In this document: in pieces, positions 12,727 to 24,664 of the stretch | Position numbering within the stretch: position 1 is the stretch's first letter | How the letters are laid out: the number at the start of each line of letters is the position of its first letter | NCBI GenBank assembly: GCA_030704615.1 | Contig: CM060734.1 | Location: forward strand, 48,918,001-48,982,000 | Origin: Takakia lepidozioides | Lineage: Eukaryota; Plantae; Bryophyta | Direction: 5' to 3' | DNA length: 64,000 nucleotides | The notes under the pieces: model-generated | Seen by the model: only the letters and a program-made list of their open reading frames with translations | What the model was told of the DNA's origin: nothing | Databases searched by the model: none | Position numbers and translations under genes: made by a program

Positions 12727-12730
<4 letters not shown>

Positions 12731-13787
12731 TATACATACACACATTTGATGGAACGTGAAAGATTAGCTCATGGGAAGTCAAGTGATGTTTTGGGCATGT
12801 TGTGCCTCTTCAAGGGTAAAATGCAAGTCTAATTTGACTGAGGAATATCGTGCTATGATCTGGCATTTTCTAGCCTCGGTCGTGCCCTCTATAGCCAGAA
12901 GGGCCATTCACACAAGCGTCAATCTGATATGTGTGAGCTGCCCCTCACAAAGGTAGTGTCTGTTCGCTCATGTTCCACCCAAACTCGACACAACATCTAT
13001 GGCCACATGGCTACAACAAACATCTCATGAGTAATCTTCTTTGTCCTTTTCTTGTTTCATGTTTCTCTATTTTGTAAGAGGAGCAGCAGCTGCTGCTCCT
13101 ACTCTTACCCCGTTTTCTTTTCTTTTCTTTCTTTCACTTTTGCAGGTGGGAGAGAGGAGAAGCTCCAGCTGTTGCACCTGTCTCCTTCCCCTTACTTATG
13201 CCAAGTAAACATAGGCAGGGAGACAGCAGCAGCTGCTCCACTCTCCCCAGTGGAGTCATCCAGCTCCTCCTCAGTACGCCACTGAACTTACTTGATCCAG
13301 TTTGTGACATTATGCAGAGTGGAAGGGAGATTGTCAATGCGCAATGTGCAGGCGGCCTGAAGACTCTTCATTTTCTGATACGATGTCCAAGGTATTCTCA
13401 TCAGAGAGTTACCCTCTTTCAAAAATCTCAGGCTGAGCCAAAAGCCCTAGCCATGATCTGGGTCACATCGGATGTTGGAGAGAGGTTGAAGGCTACGCCA
13501 TCAACTGCAGTTTCAGTGACTGTGATCGTATTTGGATCCTCTCAGCTTCTGGAGTGACATATAGTGTTGTTTAATAAATATGGGCCTTCTCGGAAATGGG
13601 ATGTAGCGAGAGTAGTGAGTGTACTTATGGGGGTCGCTGAAAAGTTCCATAGCAGTCGCCCTCAATCATTGATAATCCGGCTATACAGGGTCTTGATTTG
13701 TGGCGGGCATTGACATTGTAGTTGAAAGCATGAGTTGATTCGAGTACACACGGTTTTTTTTGTTTTTTTTTTTGTTTTTCTTTCCCA

Positions 13788-14265
13788 CGCTGATGTCTAA
13801 AAAACAGTGTGCGGCACTGCACACTGTTTTCAGGGCATCTGCGGTGAACGTTTTCTCTGCAAATGCCCTTCCCACACATGGGTTTTTTTTTTGTTTTTTT
13901 TTTTTTGTTTCCACGCAGATGCCTGAAAAATAGTGTGCGGCACCGCACACTGTTTTCAGGGCATCTGCGGTGCTTTTTTTTCTCTGCAGCTGTCCATCCC
14001 ACACACGTTTTGTTTTTTTTTTCCGTTCCCACGCAGATGCCCTGAAAGTAGTGTGCGGTGCCGCATACTACTTTTAGGGCATCTACGGTGCACGTTTTTT
14101 TTTGCAGCTGCCCATCCTGCACACGGGTTTTTTTTTTTTTTTTTTTTTTCCCGTTCCCATGCAGTTGCCCTCAAAACAGTGTGCGGTGTCGTACATTGTT
14201 TTCAGGGCATCTGCGGTGCACGTTTTCTCTGCAGCTGCCCATCCCATACACACAAAAAAAAAAAA
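13788..14265. repeat. Tandem array of four ~120-130 bp units, each containing a ~56-bp palindrome and separated by poly-T
   Basis: Consensus CGCAGATGCCCTGAAAACAGTGTGCGG-(CA/TG)-CCGCACACTGTTTTCAGGGCATCTGCG at ~13788, 13914, 14032 and 14160. Confidence 0.9.
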
Positions 14266-17200
14266 TTGCTTGACAAGTACATCGGCTCAGAACATTCTCT
14301 TGAAAGACAAAAAGACTTGCAGGTGAGGGGAGAGGCAAAGGAAATGGGAAGGGGAAGTGAACCCGGACGGGTCTCTTTTCAGTGTCGGTTTGTTTGCAAG
14401 ATGCAGCATAAGTTGGCAGACTGCACAACGTTGCAGTCAATGAGTCTCTTTTCATTGTCGGTTTGTTTGGAATATGCAGCATAAGTCGGCATACTGTAAA
14501 TGCATATTCCCACGGTTATAGGTCCCTCGGGTGTAGATATCTTATCTTTCGCCAAATGTGTTATGACATCTGCTGACATGGCGGATGTTCACGCTTACGT
14601 GGCGTGAACGCCACGTCATGCAGAGGGAGTCTGGGCTCACGCTACGTCAGCCAAGCGTGAGCTCAGCTCCCAGGCTCATGGGGCTGGGCTCATGTCGTAG
14701 CTACATTGCTATTAGAGCTTTAAGGAATCTGTGTCTCAATGCTTTGACCAGGAGATGTAATCTGCAAAGTCAGCCATACTCTTGGCACCCGTAGTCAAGT
14801 AAACTCTAAGTAAAGGCTTGGATCGTGTAACAGAGGGCAGAGAACGTAAGGATAGAAATGCAAATCAGCAAGGAGCGTGCAGAAAGGGCAAGAGTAGTGC
14901 TTGCTGGAGAACTTCGAGTACTTCACTCTGTGGGAGCATGGTTGCGACCTCGTGCAGAAGGTGGAGGCTTTGATTCGCTATGTTTATTATGATAACATTA
15001 TTCCTTGAAACATGATAAATGGTGGGACCAAATACCGCAATTCACCAACGAAACCAGAGAGCTTTATTGAAACTTAGAAAAATGGATGTGTCAAGGAAAA
15101 AATCAAACAAACAATAAAAGAGAAATAATGCTTATGATGACTAGCTCAAGCTTGTCACGTGTCCCATCCTACTGCTTGAAATACATCAGACAAGGAAAAT
15201 GGGAGAGAGCTTTGGAAGGAAAGATGAATCCATGCCGGCTACTTCTACTTGAGCCAATATGGACGTGTCTTGTACTCTTTGCGAAGCAATGGAGACACGT
15301 TGATGATGTAAGGCCAAAAGAAACGAGGCAATGTTTCTAATGCCTTGTCTTGAGCTGCAAGATGAGCACAAGTACGCGTAGAATTATTAAATCATAGGAA
15401 CACCCGAAAGATCACACGAATCACGAATCACGAACACACGAGTCACGGTACTCTCGCTTCTTTATTATCCGAGCAGTTGAGCAGCTGCACTTAGGAAATC
15501 AACCATATATGCAACCTCGCATTATAGGGAACTTGGGAACTAAGGTAAAGGCTGCCCACACATCGGGCATCTTTTCCTCTCTCCATCTGTTTATTGTTCA
15601 AAGGTGTGTAGCTCCCCGCCTTGAGTTTAAATTTCAGTCTAGTGCGAGGGTAGGTAGTCCCAAGAGGTAATCTAACCTGTCGGGGTGGGCTCCATCTACG
15701 AAGAATCTAGGTACCTGGCTTTCAATCTGTCCACTTTCCTTTCACAATGCTCAGTGCTCCGGATGCATATTGGCTCTGCCTGTATGGATCGATGTAGGTT
15801 TGAAATGCCACCTGTAGACAATAGACATCTTCTGACGTCCAGGGTATTCTCATCGGAGAACAATCCTCTTGAGGACCATCAAGAGCATAGTCCCTGGACC
15901 TCTGTTCACGAACTTCCAAAATCTCAAAGTTGAGCCTAAAGTCCTAGGGTCTGATTGTTGGGTAGCTCGAACAGTACAGATCGATCTGCTTGTGAGAGGG
16001 GCTTTCTAGAGTCACATGGGCATATGGACAGCAACCTAGAGAATGTACACACGAGACGTTATTTGACTGACCTTAGACCTGGCGTCCAGTTTGGGCGGAA
16101 CACAAGAAAGAACGGACACTACCTGTAGGAGGGTCTCACTCGGCCAGTAGTGGGACTTACAGGCTTCATATAAACAATTAGTTCTAGCTTTCCAGATTTT
16201 GCTTTAGTGTTCCCGTAATCCACCTTGAGTTGAATTGTAATTGAATTCTATGGTGTTTTGACTCGGCCCACTTTCATGTTTCTCATTTCCTTTGTCCCAA
16301 ACGAAGCTTATAAACGATCTCTCCTTCTCACACTCTCTAGTTCAATCTACTTACCTCTGCTCCACCATCCCTCCCTCCCTTCCTCTCTATCCTCAACAAA
16401 GCATTGGTGTTAAGCCTAAGTCCACTTGTGGTTCAACACCGCGGCGAGAGACCTACGATGAACGACGTCGCCGCCAAACCTTGGCAAGGTGTGCTGCGCC
16501 GCCAAGTTGGTGGAGGTGTTGGCAGTAGTGACAGTGGTAGCAGCACAAAGCGAGCGAGCAAGCGGGCGTTGTGCAACAGGGGGCCCACGCCAGTCGGGTG
16601 GCCTCGATCGGCTTGTCCCTCAACTCGTTCAGTCCCGACGCCGTACAGACAGCCAGCTCCAGCCCTTGCGAGCAACACAACAAATCCCACAACCCCTCTA
16701 CTGCCTACTCCACCATCTCTGTTAGTTGGATCCCCAGATCAACGAGAGCCTTTGGACACAGCCGCAACTGCTCCTGTTGGAAGGCCCCATGGCCAACGTA
16801 CTCCTACCCTCTTCATGTTCCTGATGTGCACCACCACCAGAGGCCAAGCTCCAGACAATTCCAAGAAGCTTCGTCATCTTCACAACGGTCTCCTCCACTG
16901 TGGATTCGAGGTTCTTCCACTGGCGCCCCACCGACCAAAGAACTCCCACCGCGTCTGTTGAGCCCTCTCCCACTGCGTCTCTCAGGTACGGTCCGAGGTC
17001 CCACGCCGGTCACTTCTCCCCCAGGTTCTCCATCCCATTCTCGGCAGTGGCTTCAAGGCGTCCGTACCTCTCTGGGTCATGAGCCTCTTTTCGCGCCTTC
17101 TTCTCCAATTGTCCAGCCCACATTAGCCTCCCCATCGCTCTTCCCACAGCAGCAGACACCTATCCATGTAGACCGTACCCCGTGCCCAGCTTGTGGTTGT

Positions 17201-17927
17201 CTTTTTGCGCGCATCAGAGGGCTTGCACGACATCAGCACACATGTGCGGCTCTTCATCAGACAGGCATAGATGGTACTTCTCCATTTCAACCCAGTGTCT
17301 TGCATGCACCACCTCCAGCCTCTACGTGGCATTGGCTTTCAGCTCTAGATGTACTGGGCGCGCTTCAACTAGGACTGCCAAGGCCTCATTTTTATACAAG
17401 AATCCCGATGGCCCTGTGTCATGAGGTCCAACGGGCACTCCGTCTACCCTTAGACATGCTCGCTCGTGATCCTGCTGATATACCAGCATGGTATTTTTTC
17501 TTGTTATTTCCTCAGTGGTGTTTGGTTTTGCCCCCTTGCGGCGGTCAGTCAGGGCACATGGAGATGCGCATCCATCTTCACCGTTTCTTATCTGGAGATT
17601 GGGAGAGTCTGCAAGATGAGCATCAATTACGAGCATTAGCTCTCGCGGCACGTGTCCCTTTGGCTTCCTCCACACAGCCACCATCATCGGCCCACAGGCG
17701 ACTCCGTCATAGTCTCATGTTAGGTCGTGTTGGCGAATACTCAAGCGCAGCGGCCAGGGCCTTGGCACCTTTCATTCCAGCGCCTCCATCAGCGGATACT
17801 ATCACTGCCCTCGAAGCCCTTCACCCATCAGCTCAGGATATCATTCCGCTCTTTGTTGAGGACTTTGAGCTAGACCAGGATCTCGAGCTAGATTAAGAGG
17901 TCTTCACTCAGACTTTTACGCGCAGTC

Positions 17928-20900
17928 TGTCACGGATATAGCCCAGATGAACTTACTAGGAGTAAATACCAGAAGTTACCATGATTTACCATTAGTTACC
18001 AAGTTACCAGAAATTTACCAAATTACCAAGAATAACTTGGGAAACTACTCAGGAAGCTTCATTTGGAGGAAACTTCTCCATCAAGATACCTCTTTTGTTT
18101 AAGGAAACTTCTCCATCAAGAAACCTTTGTTTATGGAAACTTCTCCATCAAGAAACCTCTATAGTGGAAGCTTCTTAGGGAACTTCTTAGTAACCAGTAT
18201 ATATAGGAGGCGAGACTGGAAGCTGGACTGGAGTACTGGGACTGGGAACAAGAGTAGCTTGAACTTGTATTGGCGAGACTGAAGAGTGTCACTCTAGTCC
18301 ATTTTCCGGTATCTGGTACCCAGTCCAGTTTCCAGCATTCCAGTATTCGAGTCGAGTTCCAGTATCTTGTACTCTTGTCCATTGTTATAAAGATCATCTT
18401 GATTCATGTTTACCCACCATGCATTCGGCCACGCCGGCCTTGACTTATTGTCTAGACTTGTACCTCTAGTCCGATCTCTTGTTTGTGTTCAGTCATGTTC
18501 TCGTCCTTCACAGTTTGACGAGACTAAAGTTTGTTCCTTAGTTAGTTAAGATGGAAGGCACATTTGCGGAAATGGTCGTCACATTGCAAAGTCTTCAGCT
18601 CCAGCTACAAGAACTTCGTACCTCTACCGCCCAATTGCAAGCTGATCAGTCTCAAGATCTTGGCAACGCTCTCCACAATTTGCAACAACAAATTTCAGAG
18701 TTAAATGAGTCGAACAATGGATCTTCAACCATACGAGTCCCTATTGCAACAGCTCATACTACAACGGTTCGTCTTCAACAGATTACGAGAGAACCAAAGA
18801 TCAGCATGCTCGAGAAATTTGACGAGATCAAGATTTCGCGGTTTTGTTCAACAAGTACGACTATTCCTAGACTACATCCACAACGTTACCCCGATGAAGG
18901 TATTCAAGTGGGATTTGTGGGCACCCTTCTATCAGGCACTGCCTTATCTTGGTTTGCACCACTATTAAAAAAAAAATCGCATTTATTATATAATTTTGAA
19001 GCATTCATATTCGAGTTCACTGCAATGTTTGGAGAGAATGATAGAGAAAGAGTTGCAGAGACAAAGATGCGAAATCTTTGACAAAGAGCACGTCCTGCTT
19101 CCGTTTATGCTGCCGAATTTCGACAACTTGCGTGCGACCTCGACTGGAATGAGAAGAGCATCATTAATCAGTTTTGATGTGGGCTTAAAGAGGATGTAAA
19201 AGATTTATTGCTGACAATGCCAAACGTGAGTACATTGAGTGAATTCATCACCCAAGCCATTGCATGCGATAATCGTTTGTTCGAAAGACGTCAAGAGAAG
19301 CGATTTGGATGGTCAACGACGCATCATGCCGCTGCTGCTACGGCACCAAACACTCGTATGGATTATGCTTCTATTGCGGAGAAGAAGATCACATAGCATT
19401 AAACTGCCCCAACAAGAGAAGATTCAAAGCTCGGGGCGCAACTCAAGTGTTCGATACGAGGAGGTCGGAAAACGAAGATGTCCAGTCACAGTAGGGATCA
19501 TGCGGCTGGACACCACAAAATTCCTCACCGAAAAAAGGTCTATTTCTACCTCCAGACACTGCACCTTGCTTCACAGTTCCGGTAAAAATCAGAGTGCAAA
19601 ATCGAGATATCTCTACAGAAGCACTTTTAGACTCAGGCGCTTCAGCTTGTTTTATGGACAAAAACTTTGCGAAACAACACAATTTAACACTCGTAAAGAA
19701 GAAACTCTCGGCCCCCGTTGAAGTCATCGATGGACGACCGTTAGCATCAGGAAATGTGGACCATAAAACTCGACCACTTGAAGTGAAGCTTAATGATCAA
19801 GCATCACATATTGTTTTCAACGTCATCCAGTCTCCAACGAATCTTGTGATCCTTGGACTTCCCTGGTTCGTACTTCACAATCCTCACATCGACTGGCGAT
19901 CGCGAAAAATTTCTGCAAGACAAAAATGTAGAAATATCAAAGGTATTCACCCCCTCCTCTGGAGAGGATTATTTCACATATTGGATACTAAGATCAACAT
20001 TTCTACAGCTAATCATCCATAGACTGATGGTCAAACCGAACGTGTAAACCAGATTTTGGAACAGTATCTTCGCTGTACGATAAATTATCACCAAGATAAT
20101 TGGACGGACCTTCTGTCATTGGCTGAGTTTGCCTACAACAACACTATATATTCTTCGACCAAACAAACTCCATTTTTCTCCAATTATGGTCATCATCCTC
20201 GAGCAAACCCTTTCCACATGAAGACTGTTGGAAGCCCTACTGCAGAAAACCTTGCTACTTATCTTGCTACGATTCACAATGAGCGTACATTCCACCTCAC
20301 AGAAACTAAAAAATAATACAATGAGTATGCAAATCAACATCGCCAACTCCAACCTCAGTTCAAGGTCGGAGATCGTATGTGGCTTCTTCGACGGGACATA
20401 CAAACCTCGCGTCCATCAAGGAAGTTGGATTATCAACGTTTGGGACCATTCAAAATTATTCGACAAATAAATCCGGTCAGTTTTCGGCTTGAACTCCCAC
20501 GAAGTATGCGCATCCATCCAGTCTTTCATGTTTCATATTGGAGTTGTATCATCCATCAAATATTCCAATGAGAGTCTCCGTACCACCTCCACCAATCGAA
20601 GTCAATCAGGAAATTGAGTATGAAGTCGACGAAGTCCTAGACTCTCGCATCAAGTATAAACGTCTTGAGTATTTCGTACATTGGAAAGGCTACGACATCA
20701 GCGAACGAACGTGAGAACCTTCATCCAACCTCGCCAATGCATCTGATAAAGTCCAAGAATTTTATCAACGATATTCAGCTAAGCCTTGAGCTACACGTCA
20801 ATAAGACGTCACAACGATGATGTCAGCCAAGTTAGCTTCAAGGTGAAGACTCCACATTCAATATACCTGATACACGCTAAGGAGGGAGGAGCACCACACA

Positions 20901-22023
20901 TCAGTATATATAGCTACACTTCCAGCACTCTTGCAACTTGTATTGGCAACATGGAGGGACCAGATACATTGGAGTTGTCGCTTACCCAACTACCAGATCA
21001 GCCGTTCCGACTCTCACGACCTTCAACATCACGCCGACGCTCTCGAGACGATGGGCCACCAATGCGACGTGTACTTCCTCGTCTGGACCCCGTACGACAG
21101 CAAGTGGAGCCTACTCAAAGTCTGATAATTCTATTGGAGGTTGAGGCTTCGGACCTAGAGGGCAACGAAATCATGTTTGAAGGCCGCTTCGAAAATCAGA
21201 ATGCTCAAATCATTGCGTGGTCCCAAGTTCAAGATGTTGGACACTATCGATGGTTACAGGGACCTATAAATCATTTGAGTCAAGAACGAAGAGCCGAATA
21301 TTTGACAAGTACCATTCGCCGGATTTTGGATTTTCTTCAACTCTAAGCAAGTCCAAGATTTTACCGCTCCTCGAGGAACTCGGCGCTAGAGGAGAGGGTG
21401 ATGTCACGGATATAGCCCAGAGGAACTTACTAGGAGTAAATACCAGAAGTTACCAAGTTATCAAAAGTTACCATGATTTACCGTGATTTACCATTAGTTA
21501 CCAAGTTACCAAGTTACCAAGTTACCAAGTTTTTACCAAATTACCAAGAGTAACTTGGGAAACTACTCAGGAAGCTTCCTTCGGAGGAAACTTCTCCATC
21601 AAGATACCTCATTTGTTTAAGGAAACTTCTCCATCAAGAAACCTCTATTGGGGAAGCTTCTTAGGGAACTTCTTAGTAGCCAGTATATATATGAGGCAAG
21701 ACTGGACACTCTTCAGTCTCGCCACCACAAGTTCAAGCTACTCTTGTTCCCAGTCCCAGTACTCCAGTCCAGCTTCTAGTACTCTAGTCCAGCTTCCAGT
21801 ACTCTAGTCCAGTTTCCAGTATCTGGTACCCCAGTCCAGTTTCCAGCATTCCAGTATTCGAGTCGAGTTCCAATATCTTGTACTCTTGTCCATTGTTATA
21901 AAGATCATCTTCATTCATGTTTACCCACCATGCATTCGGCCATGCCGACCTTGACTTATTGTCTAGTGTTGTACCTCTAGTCTGATCTATTGTTTGTGTT
22001 CAGTCATGTTCTCGTCCTTGACA
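17928..22023 (+). mobile_element. Ty3/Gypsy chromovirus (Tcn1-like), internally deleted (no RT/RNase H)
   Basis: LTRs 17928-18512 and 21402-22023 (TG...CA), TSD CAGTC on both sides, PPT AGAGGAGAGGGTGA before the 3' LTR. Decayed gag from 18551, protease ALLDSGASACF, integrase C-half ([29 protein letters not shown]) and chromodomain (EYEVDEVLDSR...VHWKGY, ~20615-20790). Confidence 0.95.
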
Positions 22024-22631
22024 CAGTCCCCATCTTGCAGCGGCAGGTCCTTCTGGTCTCTAGTATGAGCACTTACGCGACTGTTTATCTCTACAGGATT
22101 CTGCTAGTGGCTTCTCTCAGCTATTTCAGGTCTGCTTCTTTACTGCTGCCAGGCATATTCCTACCCGTCCGTCTCCTTGGGGCCTCCAAATTGTTGGCTA
22201 TGAGCAAACCCTCAGGTCCTGGCATCCGCCCCATTGCAGTCGGAGAGGTTTTTTACCGCTTGGTCAGCCGCTCACTTTGTCTTCAATTTCGAGACGCATT
22301 CTCCGCCCACCTCTTTCCTCACCAGTTCGGGGTCGCCAGTCCAAGAAGTTGCGAGGCGGTGGTTTAGAGGATTCGTGCTGCTTTCGATCTTCATCCGGAT
22401 TGGTTCTGTAGGTCGATGTCACCAACGCTTTCAACACTGTGTCACATGCAGCTAACTTCCAGGAGCTTCATTCAGCCGGTGGAGATTTCCACCAGCTCAT
22501 ACCGTTTGTTCGATTATTCTATGCATCTGCCACTCCCCTCTACTACACTCATCATTCTCGCCTGGGTGAGTCTCCATCATTCAATCCGAGGTTGGGACCC
22601 GACAAGGCGACCCTTTAGGATGGGGCAGTTG

Positions 22632-23359
22632 TAGGGTTGAGTGGACCAAAAACGGCAGATCCTGCTCCATGAAAGTCCATGACCAAAACAAAAAGTTGAG
22701 GATACTATCCCAAAATATTTTTTTAGTGATAGATAATGGTATACTGAACATAATTAGTAAGGAGTCATACCCCAAATATTAAAGATATAATTCATTAAAT
22801 ATTTTAGTATATTATTTAGAGAAATTATTGAAAACTAAAATTTAGAGTTTACAAAAAAAATTCAATATGACACCTAGCCATTGAAGATTATAGGTTTTTA
22901 TACTTCTAGAAAAACAATGACACCCAAAATCCAAAAAACAAGATGAGCTATGGACTTTTCCAAAAATGCCTATTTTGTTTTACATATATTAGTCCATACG
23001 AATCAAATGACAAATGATTTTGCCACTTCAAATCCATACCTATGATGTGGACCAAAATGGTCACCTTATGTCCAAATTTCAATGGAATTTACTAATGGCA
23101 CATAGGAGAACTTGAGTCCATTGTAATTCCATTCATTGCGGTAACAGTCCACAATGACGGTGTTCAAAAGTCCATAGCGGAGTCATTTCTTATTGGATTC
23201 ATGATTGGAAGTTGTTATGGATGCGTATTGAAGCTAGGAATCCAATGACATATATATTTGCTGGTTTTAATGAGTTAATTCAATTTCGATTGATGACACC
23301 ATCAATTGCAGTCATCTAAAACTGTGCTGGTAACGTCCATTTTGGTCCAGTCAACCCTG
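22632..23359. mobile_element. hAT-like MITE inserted in the CRE RT between QGDPLG and PLFAMAH
   Basis: TIR TAGGGTTGAGTGGACCAAAA / TTTTGGTCCAGTCAACCCTG with an AT-rich interior. No 8-bp TSD; about 10 bp of extra sequence on each side. Confidence 0.75.
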
Positions 23360-24664
23360 CATTCACCCGATGACCTTTGTTTGCCATGGCTCACGTCCGA
23401 GCCTTCACGACTTCTGCACAAGTATACTCATCTTGTTTTTTTCCGTCGGTGGCAGACGACATGCACATTGTAGGCCTTGCCTCCCAAGTACTTTCAGCTT
23501 ACCATCATTTTGTCACCCAACTCCATGTCGTGGACATTTCGGTACAACCTCGCAAATATGTGGTGTGGTCTCCGTCTGGTCTGCCTGCAGATTTTGTTCC
23601 CCCCGCTCACTTCATTGCTCCGCTCAATGGCATCAGAATCTTGGGAGTCCCCTTTGGCACCACCCAGTTCACAAAGTCTTTCTTAGAAGATGCACTCCAC
23701 CAGGATGCCACCCACGCTGATATTTTTCCTAGGCTCGGAGATGTGTAGGTAGCATACGGAATCTTGACCAAATGCTTCCTTCAACGTCCCTCCTATCTCT
23801 TGTGCACAGTTCTACCTAGCCCAGATTTCCTATACCTTTTATCTGGGTTTGATTCTACCATAATAGCCATTTTCGGGAGATTGTTAAGACCAGGAGCTCT
23901 GCCCCGACAACCTTCCTCGGCAGTTGGGCGTTGGTTGCGCCAGCCCTCGCTTCACGATTTCTCTGCGACCCCTGTCTTTTTGGATGCCGCTGCGCATGTC
24001 GACAGTGGCATTTTACCTTTCCAGCAGCATCTCCGCTTTGCACGTGATCTTCTTCTGGCACCGGCGCGAGCATGTCTACCACCATTTGAGCAGTGGTTGC
24101 TCAACGCCTAGACCATCTTCAGGAGTCCATTTCCGAGCGCGTGCACCGTCATTTCTTTTCCGGCATGCTCTCAAGTGCTTCTTCTAAGTTACATTGGGCC
24201 CGACTTCTATCATGCGCAGGACCTGGAGCAGGGGCGTGGTTGGCAGCACGACCCACTATCGCACCTTTCCACCTCCCATCCCCTATTTTCACTACTGCGC
24301 TCCGCCTTCGACCCGGTTTACCTCATCCTTCGGCATTGGGCCTTCAGATATGTGTCTGTCGTCAGCCCATCGATGACATTGCCATCCACCTCCTCCGCTG
24401 CCCATGTGGTGACGAACGCACTGCATCTCATGATATGGTTTGTGATGCGGCAGCATAGAGCACAACTAAATCCTGCGTTCACAGCTTGGCTCTCTTTTTT
24501 CTATCAGAAACGTTGAGTCCTTTTGCGGAAGCTGTGAGTTTTAAAGACCTGAAAATTGCTACCTACATTCATGAGGCAATTAAATCACCCACTCAGACTG
24601 TCTGCACGATTGAGATAATGTACTCATAAGTCGTCGTTTGCCGTACCCTTGTGGCCATAGGGAA

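Larger units (their letters stand above)
16300..24515 (+). mobile_element. Degenerate CRE-like non-LTR retrotransposon (RT + restriction-like endonuclease type), interrupted by two insertions
   Basis: N-terminal zinc finger CPACGCLFARIRGLARHQHTC; FLSGDWESL...ALEALHP; AAGPSG..EHL across the LTR insertion; GIRPIAVGEVFYRLV..PHQFGV; QGDPLG; SVADDMHIVG; GIRILGVPFG; C-terminal AGAWL...FTTALRLR..CVC..HLLRC..ER..SHD zinc knuckle. Many stops and frameshifts, 3' truncated, 5' boundary approximate. Confidence 0.85.

Noticed and set aside
13788-14265. CRISPR-like array
   Set aside because: The inter-palindrome sequences are homologous to each other plus poly-T rather than unique spacers; there are no cas genes and the context is eukaryotic.
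14826-16240. Possible solo LTR
   Set aside because: LTR-like composition, but I could not identify paired TG..CA ends with a TSD.
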